Below are positions 28,921-38,900 of a stretch of 64,000 nucleotides of DNA, piece by piece. The stretch covers positions 62,001 to 126,000 of the IMG/VR virus record IMGVR_UViG_3300020195_000009. One strand, given 5' to 3'. The notes beneath the pieces were generated by a model. That model did not search any database and was not told the DNA's origin. It saw nothing but the letters and a program-made list of their open reading frames with translations. The position numbers were made by a program, and so were the translations under genes. Numbering within the stretch: position 1 is the stretch's first letter; every line of letters starts with the position of its first letter.

Positions 28921-30474
28921 TTACGTGCTCCCTTTCCCGTCTTGAATGAGACTCTGCTTTGCGGCCCCGAAGTGGGCTTGAATCTTCTCGGCCTTGGAGG
29001 CCAGATCCAAGAGCTGAGGTTGAAGGTCATCGTCGGTCAGGGCCTTCAACTGAAGCATCTCAGCGAGCTTGCTGGAGATGATGTGAAGGTCCATCGTGGC
29101 AACCTTGGTGTTCGTTCGAGGGCTGGTCTCGACGGCCTGAAGAGCAGCCTCAACCTTCGTCAACACGGACGTAGCGAGGGCCTCGTTGAGCGTGGCTGTC
29201 TTGAAGGTGTCTTCTTCCACCTTTGCTTCTTCGCTTGCCGAGAAGTTGGTTGTGGGGCGCCCGCTAGACAGCGTCAGGAAGGCCTTACGGACCCGAATGA
29301 GATAGCCGATGTCCGGGAGGTCAAAGGCGGTCCCAACTCGACCAAGGCCATTCAAAACCCCAAGGAGGCTGAAGAAGACCTTGCCCGTCTTCCCGCTCGT
29401 GTAGGCGGCTTGCGCCTTACGAGCGGCTGCCATGATTTCATCCAAACCTTCGAGGACCATCGCGTCCCCGAACTTGGGGGCGGGATCGAGCCCACCAGGC
29501 ATGGGAACTTCCATCTCTGGTTCGCCGGCAGCCGACTTGAACTTGTCCTTGTTCTTGTCGTTCTGCTTCTTCCACTCATCCGCGTCCTCTTTGGACATGT
29601 TCTCGGTGGGGTCGGCCGGCTTACCCTCCTCGAAGCGGGATTCCTTCTCCTCGCTCTCTTTGCTTTCAGCCCCGGCTGCCTTGAAAGAGAGAACAGCTGA
29701 GGGCGCACTTGCCATGATTTCACCTTCGTCGGCCACCTTGATGTGGCTGTAGTTACCTTCTTCAATGAGAACCTTCTCGTGATCGGCGATGTCCTTCGCG
29801 AGAGCCTCACGGAGCGGCTTCGGGAAGAGCGTCTTAGCCTCTCCTCCGAACTCCTTGGCGTACATCTTGGCGCCTTCATCGACCCAGTACATCCAGAGCT
29901 TGGGGGAAAGGTTGTGGTCGTACTTCCCCGACTTCATCTTGCGAAGGATGTTCTTGAGGATGCCCTCCTTTTGAGAGACGAGACGACCCTCGTTGTCCAT
30001 GTACAGCTCAAGCTCAGTCTTGGCATCCTCGTCGACTGCGCCTTCTTTGGCGATAGGATCTACGGACAACCCGTGAGCAAGTTGCTGGAGGGCCCGTACT
30101 TGAGTAGGCGAGGCAGCATTGGTGATGCCTGCTACCAAAGTCTCCAATGCTGCCAACTTGAACTCGAACGGGTTCATCGTGCTTGCGCCTCTGGGAAGGG
30201 GTCGTGAAACCACAGGGATAAGACGATTCTCATGCACCGCCCATCGGGACCTTTTGGGGCGCAAAAGGTCCTCCATCTCCGTGAGATCCACAGAGAGTTT
30301 CGCCTCCCCTTTGGCGAGGAAAGCATCGAGAACTTTGCGAGCGATGGCCCCGCTCGAAACCAAGCTGGTTACGAACTTCAAAACGGAGACGGACCCGAGC
30401 GTGAAGGTCCTTCCGTCCGGTAGATTCACAAAATCCCGGAAGCCGTCTGTGCCCACTGTCACGAGCATCCCCAT
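28921..30474 (-). CDS. Modular hypothetical protein (candidate internal head protein)
   Basis: 517 aa made of short, unrelated-looking charged modules separated by K-x-A type motifs. Confidence 0.65.
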   Translation of the reverse strand: MGMLVTVGTDGFRDFVNLPDGRTFTLGSVSVLKFVTSLVSSGAIARKVLDAFLAKGEAKLSVDLTEMEDLLRPKRSRWAVHENRLIPVVSRPLPRGASTMNPFEFKLAALETLVAGITNAASPTQVRALQQLAHGLSVDPIAKEGAVDEDAKTELELYMDNEGRLVSQKEGILKNILRKMKSGKYDHNLSPKLWMYWVDEGAKMYAKEFGGEAKTLFPKPLREALAKDIADHEKVLIEEGNYSHIKVADEGEIMASAPSAVLSFKAAGAESKESEEKESRFEEGKPADPTENMSKEDADEWKKQNDKNKDKFKSAAGEPEMEVPMPGGLDPAPKFGDAMVLEGLDEIMAAARKAQAAYTSGKTGKVFFSLLGVLNGLGRVGTAFDLPDIGYLIRVRKAFLTLSSGRPTTNFSASEEAKVEEDTFKTATLNEALATSVLTKVEAALQAVETSPRTNTKVATMDLHIISSKLAEMLQLKALTDDDLQPQLLDLASKAEKIQAHFGAAKQSLIQDGKGST

Positions 30475-30499
30475 GCACTAGGGAACCCTGACAACAAGA

Positions 30500-31375
30500 T
30501 TAGACTCTCAGGAAGACTCCCAACATGTGTGCGACGAGAACCAGGCTCCCGTCCGAGGGTCCGAACAGGTAGTGCCCCTCAACCCTCCAGTTTGCCTCAC
30601 CCCCAGAGAGACGCTCTAGCTCGTTGAGGTGGTAGGCCGCCTGGTTGAGGTCAAAGGCTACCTTGTCACTCTTTCGAGAAGCGATCACGTGGCGGAAGTC
30701 TCGATCCTCCGGTCCAATGAGGACACCACGCAAGAACCCCTGACGGTACAAGCCCCCCCAAGCATCCAAGGAAGGTCTCTTTGCTTCGGCGAAAACGAAC
30801 CCGTTAGTTCCCACCTCAATGATCCTAGGCTTCGTCATCAACGGCCCCACGTTGGGCAGGTTACCGTCGATCACATACTCCCGAATCCACTGAGTAGCCG
30901 ACGCAATGCGCTCCCCCATCTCTTGTTTGGAGACTCCGGTGGGGAAGAAGTCCATCATCCCTTGTAGGAATCTGGCGAGATCGGCATCGACGTGACCCAA
31001 GAAGGGGAGTCCCTTCCGATGAATCAGATCCACGACCGTGACAAGACCGGGGGTAGACGGGTGAATCGCTAGGTCCCGGTGAAGGAACAGAGCCACCGCC
31101 ATGAGGGTGTCGATCCCCTTGATCGACTTCGTTGCGAACGTAAGCGGGAAGGCCGATCCCTCCAGAAGATCCTCGTAGAAGCGGGTCAATGCTCCGGGTT
31201 CGCGAGGTGAAAACTCTTCCCCGTGGTGCTCGTAGGCGAAGTTGGAAGGCTCTTCAACCTGAACCCTTGAGGCGCCGGTCTCAAAAGAGATGGCCTTTTC
31301 AACCAAGACCGGGGCGGTTGAATCAACCAAGACCTGGAAGTGGATCTCAGCCTTTTGTAGCTCCGCCGATGGCAC
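30500..31375 (-). CDS. Hypothetical protein, weak DHH-phosphoesterase-like motif
   Basis: 291 aa; 'AYEHHG' and 'GIDTL' loosely resemble DHH-fold metal-binding motifs; function not established. Confidence 0.5.
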   Translation of the reverse strand: MPSAELQKAEIHFQVLVDSTAPVLVEKAISFETGASRVQVEEPSNFAYEHHGEEFSPREPGALTRFYEDLLEGSAFPLTFATKSIKGIDTLMAVALFLHRDLAIHPSTPGLVTVVDLIHRKGLPFLGHVDADLARFLQGMMDFFPTGVSKQEMGERIASATQWIREYVIDGNLPNVGPLMTKPRIIEVGTNGFVFAEAKRPSLDAWGGLYRQGFLRGVLIGPEDRDFRHVIASRKSDKVAFDLNQAAYHLNELERLSGGEANWRVEGHYLFGPSDGSLVLVAHMLGVFLRV

Positions 31376-31383
31376 GGCTAGAA

Positions 31384-32187
31384 CTACACCGTTCGGTCGT
31401 ACGTGTACCCCGGTTCAATGACGGCCGACTTTTGACAGCCTCCGCAGCAAGGCTGCCCGTCTGCCCGTACCCCTGTACCCCCACAAGCACAAGGCTCGCT
31501 TGCCGTTCGAGTCCGGCCGATCGTCGACACCGTGATGAATGATCCGGTAGCGTTGTCTCGACCCCTCCAGACGATCTCCCCGACCGTCAGGACTTGAGCC
31601 TGCCCACTTTGGCGTTTTGCCAAGACCCTGTCTCCAGGCTTCACATCGCCTTGGATACGAAGACCCCAATCACCGGATTTGAGCTTGGTGAAGGTGGCAT
31701 TGGCCTCTGGGGCGCTTCGCTCAGGCTCGGGTGTTGGCTCTGGCTCTGGATCTCGATCTCGTTGCTCGGGCTCTGGATCGCGTTCTGGCGTAGGTTCGGA
31801 CCGAACCGGGACTCCGGTTGCTTGTGCCTCAAAGACCGCTTCTTTCTCCTCGTACAGCTCAATGAAGTCCTCGACCCGGTCTTGGAGATTGTTCTTCCAA
31901 CCCTGGGTACGTTTGACGATGGGGGCCTTACCCTTCGTCAGAGGCCAAGACCGGCCTCCCTTCCTAGCAAGGAGCTGAATGCGGATAGCATCGGAACCAA
32001 CGTCTGCTCCCGTGTCTCGGCCTGCTCCGATCGAGGTCCAAATGCGGATGATGACGTTCTCGCTCAACGCAAGGTCATAGTAGACCTCACGGCGTTCAGT
32101 TCCCTGCTTAGGGCGAAGTGCTCGCCAGCTACGCAGGATGAACTTCGCCATCTCTTCGAGGGTTACCTCGGTGAATTGAGCGGCCAT
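31384..32187 (-). CDS. Two-domain hypothetical protein with Pro/Glu linker and Cys-rich tail
   Basis: Probable start is the ATG at 32187 (MAAQFTEV), just after the helicase stop, rather than 32343; 'PERDPEPE' repeats; C-terminal 'PCACGG...PCCGGC'. Confidence 0.7.
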   Translation of the reverse strand: MAAQFTEVTLEEMAKFILRSWRALRPKQGTERREVYYDLALSENVIIRIWTSIGAGRDTGADVGSDAIRIQLLARKGGRSWPLTKGKAPIVKRTQGWKNNLQDRVEDFIELYEEKEAVFEAQATGVPVRSEPTPERDPEPEQRDRDPEPEPTPEPERSAPEANATFTKLKSGDWGLRIQGDVKPGDRVLAKRQSGQAQVLTVGEIVWRGRDNATGSFITVSTIGRTRTASEPCACGGTGVRADGQPCCGGCQKSAVIEPGYTYDRTV

Positions 32188-32197
32188 ACCCTGTTTC

Positions 32198-35100
32198 TCA
32201 CGAAGCATTGGACGTCTCCCAGGGGTGTTCCCCGTAAAGATCCATCCCTTCCAGAACGCTTGGATCCGATGACGCTTCCTTGAGGGGGGGCTCTGGCTCC
32301 GTAGGTACTGGAGTGGTTGCCTCTTGCTTGGGTACGTTCTCACCTACAGCCAAGCCGGCCTCCATGACGAACGAACTCACTCCGGCCACCTTACCTCCAA
32401 CTTCCTTAGGGCAAATCACCCGGAGATTCTTGGCTGCTCGGGTCAAGGCCACGTAGGCCAAGCGCCGCTCATCCTCCCAGCGCTCCGCTTCCTTTACCGG
32501 ATCCGGCGGGGGTTCACCAGGTTTTGGCTTGAACTCCATGGGGAACTTACCCTTCGGCATCTGAACGAAGGTGGTTTTCCACTGTGCGCCTTTTGTGGAG
32601 TGGACCGTCCCGAGAAAGACGCCGGGGGGTTTTTGACGCTTCTCCGGGGGAAGAGCGGATTGCTCCTTGTTCCACTTGTCCACGTCCGTCCGAAGGTCCC
32701 TCATCTTGGATGTGTACCGGGCCATTTTGGCCGCGAACCCTTGGGGGGTCGTAGGGGGCGTGATGGCGTCATCTTCGTCCGTTGGATCCGCTTGGGCCAA
32801 CTTGTAAAGGAACGCGACATTCCCAAGACCCTTGGTCTCGTCTTCCTCCTCGTCCTCATCTACAGGCTCTTCATCACCGATAGCATTCCGCAGATTTGCT
32901 TGAAGGCTCGCTCGGAAGGTCTGTTCCCTGAAGACACCGCCTTCTATCGTTACGCCTTCCAACCCCAAGATGTCGTCAAACAACGCCTTCGTGGAATACT
33001 CAGGGTCACTAGACCTCGCCTTGATCTCACCCAGAGCGAGCGCCAGGTCTTGAATCTTCTCCTCAAACTTGAACCCTTTGCCGGTTCGGGTAAGTCGAGC
33101 CAGAGAACTAGCGAGCAACCGGACGAACGTGATGTCTTGGAGGGCCTCGATGGGGTTGATGGACTTGATGGTCTGCCCAACCGTCCTTGCGTAGGTAGAA
33201 AGAGCCTGCTCTACAGCCTCAGGGGCCTTCTTCGGATCCGACAAGAAGAAACGGTTGGGGTTGTTGATGGTCTGCCCCAACGCTTGCTGCATCTTATCGA
33301 AGTCGGAGCCAGTCACAAGCTGGACATAACCTAGAACCGCCTTGGTCTCAGGTGAGCCCAAGAAGGAGCCGGCCCCACGGCGGGCGTAGGGCACCCCTCG
33401 GATAATGCAAGACGTTTCGTAAGCATGCAGCTCCTTGTTCGTACGACACAAGACAGCATGGTCCGTGTAGGACTCCCCGAGGACTTGGTTCTGCTTGATC
33501 TCCTCGATAGCCGTGAGGGCGCCATCCACCTCATCATCGGCAACCCGAACATGAACGCTCCCTACTCCGCGCTTTCGACCAGGAGCCGACACTTGAGGGA
33601 TCGGGACATTCCCATCGTTGTTTGAGATGAGTTGATTTGCTGCATCAACGATCTCCGGCTCACACCGATAGTTAGTGCGGATCACACGAGTCTTCCACCC
33701 CTCCTTTTGGAAGAGTTCCTTGAAGAGAGAGGCTTTGGCACCCTGGAACGAGTTAATCGCCTGCTTGTCATCTCCGACAATCCAGCACGACTTCCCATCC
33801 TCACCATCCGTGATGTGACCAGAGATCATGTCGATGATGTCAGCCATCAACGTGTTTCGGTCTTGGGCTTCATCCACGATGATGTGGTCGAACATCCCCT
33901 GAACCTTGGCCTGGACGGCTGGATTTCGCTTCAGGATGTCCCTGAAGATTTTGAGCATGTCAGTGAAGTCCCCAAGACGCTCCGCCTTGGAACCATGCTT
34001 AGCCATGAAGCTCTCGTAGGCCTTTGACGGACAAGGAGGCTTCCAACCCTTACCGTTGGTCCCCTTGAGACCCTCGTAGATTTCGTACCATTTGGCTTGG
34101 GCAGCCTCTTCGGAGCTTGTCGCTTGCTCTGCGGCCATCGCAGGGGAGATGTCGTTACCCGACCATTTCGCCTTGCTCATGACGGCGTTCTTCAACTTGG
34201 GCGGGGGCTCCGTCTTACCGTAGCAATCTTCCCAAATCTTCTGAACAGCATAGGCTACGTTGTTACCGCCCTCTACGAACCCGGCCCCAAGGGCCGCCTT
34301 CTCCACGGGGGTGCCGAACTCCGTGATGAAGCGTCGGAACAGGGAGTGCATCGTTCCAACAGACATCTGTTGGAGGGCGTCTCCACCGGCTGCTCGGCCG
34401 ATCTTTTCCTTCAGTTCCGTGGCGGCCTGAGTATTGAAACTGGTGACCATGATACGACTCGGGTTGACCCGACGATCACGTACCAAATAGGCAACACGAG
34501 CCACCAACGTTGTCGACTTTCCGGCTCCGGCGCCAGCAAAGACCCCAACCCGTCCATCCGTGAGAGCCGCTGCCCGTTGCTCATCATCAAGCCCGCGAAG
34601 GGGCTCTGGGATGTTCTGAGAGTTGGAGGGATCGCTGGTAGCTGCCGCTGCCGCTGCCACCGCAATACCAACGACCTGAGACTTCGTAAGGGGTTCATCT
34701 AGCTCCCCCGCTCGGTCCATCGACTGACGAGCCGCTGCGGTAGCCTCATCCTGAACCTTCAAGAGCTGCTGGGTCTGAGCCTCTTGGGCTTGCTTCGACG
34801 CATCCGCTCCAGAGGATGCCATTTGGTCGATGTTTTGCTCCAGGAGCTTACCCTTCTGGTCTTGAGCTTCCTTGGAGCCAGCCTCGACAACATTGGCTGG
34901 GAGCTGACCTGAGACGGCTGTTTTCGCCGCTAGTTCAATCCAACCAGCAAGACGCATGTTACGGAAGGTGAGCTTAGCGAAGAGGTCGAGCGCAGCATCC
35001 GCGTTGTCCATCTGAGCGGCGGTCATCGCCTCTCGGACCTGCTTCAAAGCCCTATTGGACTGGAAGACGCCCCGCATGGTGGCGGCACCTCCCCGTGAGA

Positions 35101-35482
35101 GCAACGTACGCAAACCAAGAGCCCGACGACCCACACCTTGGGGGTTTGTTGCCTTCACTTGAAGGTACTTCAGAAGCATGCGCTTGTGGGTCTCAGTAGC
35201 GAGATGCTCCTGAATGAACCCACGGATGCTTTCCAGCTCGGAATCTGCGTTACGAAGGAGCCTGAGCCCCTTCGCAATCACCTCATCGAGGGGGTCTTCT
35301 TGGCTCGTAGCCTCTTCGACGTACCGAATGTAGGTGTCGATGGCGAGGAGGAAAATCACGTACTCGGCGACTTGAAGCTCACCGATCGGCTCGTCATCCC
35401 CATCAACGTCTTCAACCGCCTCGACAGTTCGGGCGGGACGGGTTGCTTCCAAAGCCTGGCGAACTGCCTGTCGGACATCCAT
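32198..35482 (-). CDS. UvrD/Rep/PcrA-family SF1 helicase with ~290-aa N-terminal extension
   Basis: Q motif 'LDDEQRAA', Walker A 'AGAGAGKST', Walker B 'IIVDEAQD', 'VGDDKQAINSFQGA', 'TNYRC', 'TVHSTKGAQW', 'ERRLAYVALTRA'. Confidence 0.95.
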   Translation of the reverse strand: MDVRQAVRQALEATRPARTVEAVEDVDGDDEPIGELQVAEYVIFLLAIDTYIRYVEEATSQEDPLDEVIAKGLRLLRNADSELESIRGFIQEHLATETHKRMLLKYLQVKATNPQGVGRRALGLRTLLSRGGAATMRGVFQSNRALKQVREAMTAAQMDNADAALDLFAKLTFRNMRLAGWIELAAKTAVSGQLPANVVEAGSKEAQDQKGKLLEQNIDQMASSGADASKQAQEAQTQQLLKVQDEATAAARQSMDRAGELDEPLTKSQVVGIAVAAAAAATSDPSNSQNIPEPLRGLDDEQRAAALTDGRVGVFAGAGAGKSTTLVARVAYLVRDRRVNPSRIMVTSFNTQAATELKEKIGRAAGGDALQQMSVGTMHSLFRRFITEFGTPVEKAALGAGFVEGGNNVAYAVQKIWEDCYGKTEPPPKLKNAVMSKAKWSGNDISPAMAAEQATSSEEAAQAKWYEIYEGLKGTNGKGWKPPCPSKAYESFMAKHGSKAERLGDFTDMLKIFRDILKRNPAVQAKVQGMFDHIIVDEAQDRNTLMADIIDMISGHITDGEDGKSCWIVGDDKQAINSFQGAKASLFKELFQKEGWKTRVIRTNYRCEPEIVDAANQLISNNDGNVPIPQVSAPGRKRGVGSVHVRVADDEVDGALTAIEEIKQNQVLGESYTDHAVLCRTNKELHAYETSCIIRGVPYARRGAGSFLGSPETKAVLGYVQLVTGSDFDKMQQALGQTINNPNRFFLSDPKKAPEAVEQALSTYARTVGQTIKSINPIEALQDITFVRLLASSLARLTRTGKGFKFEEKIQDLALALGEIKARSSDPEYSTKALFDDILGLEGVTIEGGVFREQTFRASLQANLRNAIGDEEPVDEDEEEDETKGLGNVAFLYKLAQADPTDEDDAITPPTTPQGFAAKMARYTSKMRDLRTDVDKWNKEQSALPPEKRQKPPGVFLGTVHSTKGAQWKTTFVQMPKGKFPMEFKPKPGEPPPDPVKEAERWEDERRLAYVALTRAAKNLRVICPKEVGGKVAGVSSFVMEAGLAVGENVPKQEATTPVPTEPEPPLKEASSDPSVLEGMDLYGEHPWETSNAS

Positions 35483-35519
35483 GCTGGTAACCCGTTCGGA
35501 TAAGAAGTTCAGGTGTGGG

Positions 35520-35858
35520 TTACACCGTTTCCCCGAGGGACCGCAGCATCACCTTCATCGCCGAGAAAACGGAGCCAGCCGAGTTCTTGAAGTTCTCCAA
35601 CTGGGGCTTGTATTTCCCCGGATCGCTCTTGTACTTAGAGAGCGAGGACCTCATCTGCTTGACCTCGTCTTCGGTACTATCCAAGAGCCGGTCCAGCTTG
35701 GGGAGGTTGACTTCACCTTCGACGGCACCGACCCGGTCCGCAAGCTCCCGAAGTTCCTCAGCCACCCGCTCACGGCTTGGGTTGGGGCTCTCGGCGTACG
35801 AAAGAACCCGACGCAACTCGACTTGCAGGTCACGGGAAGTAGCGAGCTTCTTCATCAC
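35520..35858 (-). CDS. Hypothetical protein
   Basis: 112-aa helical ORF, MKKLATSRDLQVELRRVL... Confidence 0.65.
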   Translation of the reverse strand: MMKKLATSRDLQVELRRVLSYAESPNPSRERVAEELRELADRVGAVEGEVNLPKLDRLLDSTEDEVKQMRSSLSKYKSDPGKYKPQLENFKNSAGSVFSAMKVMLRSLGETV

Positions 35859-35880
35859 GAGAGCGGGCTTACAAGTTACT

Positions 35881-35928
35881 TAACGCCTGACGGTATCGGG
35901 AGCTTACCTCACCGATGCCGTCAGGTTA
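35881..35928. other. Long imperfect inverted repeat downstream of the sheath gene
   Basis: CCTGACGGTATCGG...CCGATGCCGTCAGG arms (14 bp, one G-T pair); no U-tract. Confidence 0.65.
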
Positions 35929-35949
35929 TACCAGCCCGTTTACCCGCTG

Positions 35950-38900
35950 CTAGATTCTAGCTCTGAGGTTGAATGTGAGCACAAGGTAGAGGAGCGGGAA
36001 GATCGGCTGGTAGAAGGCCTCTGCCCTCAAGATGGTCGGGTCCTCCGTGTCGACCTGAGCCGAGATGCCCGTGAAGGCCGCCACGATCTCCTGCTGGATG
36101 AGCTGCTTGAAGAGTGAGGTCATCGAGACCTCGACTTCATTGACTCGGGAGGACAGGATCTTGGTGCCGACGAAGGCATCGAGAACCGCCCTGGAGTTGA
36201 TCGACACGAAGTCGGCGATCTGGGTGACCGTCGGAAGCCTCGTGAGCACCGACGTCATGTTCGTGGTGAGACCCTGGCGAACCCGAACGATCGGGTCGAG
36301 GTCTTCCAGGAGAGTCACACCAGCCGTTGCCGTCTGGTTCAGCTCCACCGCATCGAGGATACGTGGGATTCGGGTGAACCCCTGAACCCTTCGACGGGTG
36401 TAAGGAGTCGCCACGTCAATCGCAGGGCTGCATACGGCACCTGCAACGGCCGCCGCGAAGAACGATCCGTCCACCAAGGTCTCGAAGGTCTCCCCCAGCT
36501 CGTTGGAGAGGGTGATGACCGAAGAGTCCGGGTAGAAGGCAACCATTCGCTGGCTGACAAGACCCCGAGCGACCGTTTGGGCCGTCGTGGGAGTCGTCCC
36601 ACTTGCGAACCCGATGAATCCCATCCGTTCCGACTGGTTGCGGATGTTGCTCTGGATCTCGCAGTGTTGGGTGAGGAACGAGTAGACCGCCGTGTCCGTG
36701 GCGAGCGGGATGATGACGTCTGGCTTGATGTTGCCAGGTAGCGGGGTCCCTAGCGCTTGGATCGCGTCGATGAACGACTGAGCCGAGGCTTGATTCGTAT
36801 TCGGAACCTTGAGGACCTGCTTGACTCCAACGAGGACGGCCCCATTGAGAATTGTCAGGAAGGCTCCGAGCGTGACCCGATTCTCAGCCGAGAGTGTCCC
36901 GAAGTTGGCCTGGATCGTCTTGAACTGACGGAAGATCCGGGTGGAAAAGTCCTGCTTCAAGAAGCGGTACGAGATGAAGTAGAAGTCCCCGTTCTTGGGC
37001 TCCACTCCACTCGGGTTGAACGTCTGAAGCGTTGCCGTATCGTTGATCCCGACATTCACCGTGTTGGTAACGATGGTCTCCAACCCAGGAATCGAGAGGT
37101 ACGGTACGGACGGGTTGACGTTCCACGTTGGAGAGACATCCATCGTGAAGAAGCCGCCCGTGTTGTACGATCCATCTGCGCTCGGAAGAACCGTGAACCG
37201 AAGGCCAGACCTGACGTCCGTGTACGTCTGACCAGGGATACCCGTACCCGCCGACCCGATGGGGTTGTTCGAGGTGACGACAAAGTTGTCGTAGACGCCT
37301 TCTCCACTGTCCCCATCCGTACCTGGAACAATCTGCGTTCCAGTCAGGACGTTGAAAGCCGAGTTGGTTCCCGTCACGAAGGCGATTGCAGACGTTGTAC
37401 CCAGCACGACGGACTCGATGGTGAGGTACGTCTGAGCGTCGATGACCGATGGGTAGGTCACGGCACCCGTCGCACTGGGCGTCGGAGGGGACCAGGTGGA
37501 AACCGCAAAGCCTATGGTATCCATGAGGCGATCGACAACCTCTTGGACTGACACTCGGGTCTGGCTTGCGAAGTCGCCTTCGTTGAAGCCGAAAATCGCA
37601 TTGGCCGAGCCGTTGAGGATGAGGACAGCGCTCTGGTCGCTGTTGGTGTTCGAGGTGATGCGAATCTTGTTGAGGTTTGCACCCGTTCCAACGCTGGCCG
37701 TTCCTTGAGAGGAGATGGCCGCGTTGATATCGATCACAACCAGAGCTGCCGTTGTCGACGCTGGGTTGACGATGGCAGTGAAGTCGATCCCGTTGACCCG
37801 GACCTTGAACTCATCACTCACCCCACTCACGACAGAGAAGGGTTGAGCGAGAGTACCGAGAATCGTAGCCGCCTTGTTGACGGCTCCGGTTGTACCGTCT
37901 GCCCGCTGGAAGGTCGTGAACCCCAGCGTCGTCTCCGCAGTACCCTGACGGATAGCGGAGTAAGACGTGTGGTCGAACCCTGCCGGAAGGGCGGTTGGGA
38001 CTGCGTAGCTCCGAAGCACGAAGAACGTGCTGGAAGCACCCGGCCCAGGGATCGGCGTGAACATGTTGTTCGGGGCCGTCCCAAGGAACGTGGCGTTCGC
38101 ATCGATGACTGCATTGACTGCGGTTGCAATCGCAGCCGGAGTGATCGCCGGACCTGCTGGAAGCGTGACGGTGAGATCGACACCGTCGATGGTGATCTCC
38201 AACAAGTCGTTGACGGCTGCTGTGATGAGAACGCCACCACCGCTGAGGGGGACAGCTTGGCTGACGAGATAGCCGCGAGTAGCGACATTCAAGTTGGTAG
38301 CGAGCGTTGATCCGCCGTTGAGAACCGTTCGCCAGGTTGCCGACGAAGGACCATAGAAGGAGAACGGTTGGGCTCCCTTGTTCGTGTACACGGCATTCGT
38401 AGCCGCACTCACTCCGAAGGTGACCGTGACGGTCTCAGAAACCGGCGTACCCCCAAAGTGGAAGACATCCGGGATCTGCTCCACCCCACGAGGCCACTGG
38501 ACCGTGTCCACAAGGCCGCCGCCCTTCGACCCGAACCGGACTTGAAGAACGTTCGAGTTGAAGAGGGAACTGAAAACCTCGAACTGACCCGTTCCGATGG
38601 GACCGGGAGTCTTGTTGGTGAGGATGTACGTGTCGTCCGCGATGCGGTTGTAATAGAAGGTGGCGAACGCCTTATAGTCAGGCGGGACCGCATCCTTCAA
38701 GGTGATCTTGCGGGATACCCCATCGACAGCCAAGACCTTGGCGACTGGACGATTGAGGGCGTCCCGGAGGTTTCGACCCACACGGACCACAACGAGGTCC
38801 GGGCGGTTGGAGATGAGGTCTTGGCGCTGGTTGGTAGCCGCAAAGAACAGATCCAACCCAAGGACCGTGTCACGACCGTTGCCGGTCGTCGGGTTCGTGG

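Noticed and set aside
32188-32343. ORF-track N-terminal extensions (31384..32343, 55795..56868, 12468..12659)
   Set aside because: They overlap upstream genes; downstream ATGs at 32187, 56736 and 12587 fit gene spacing and, for the lipase, give a proper signal peptide.
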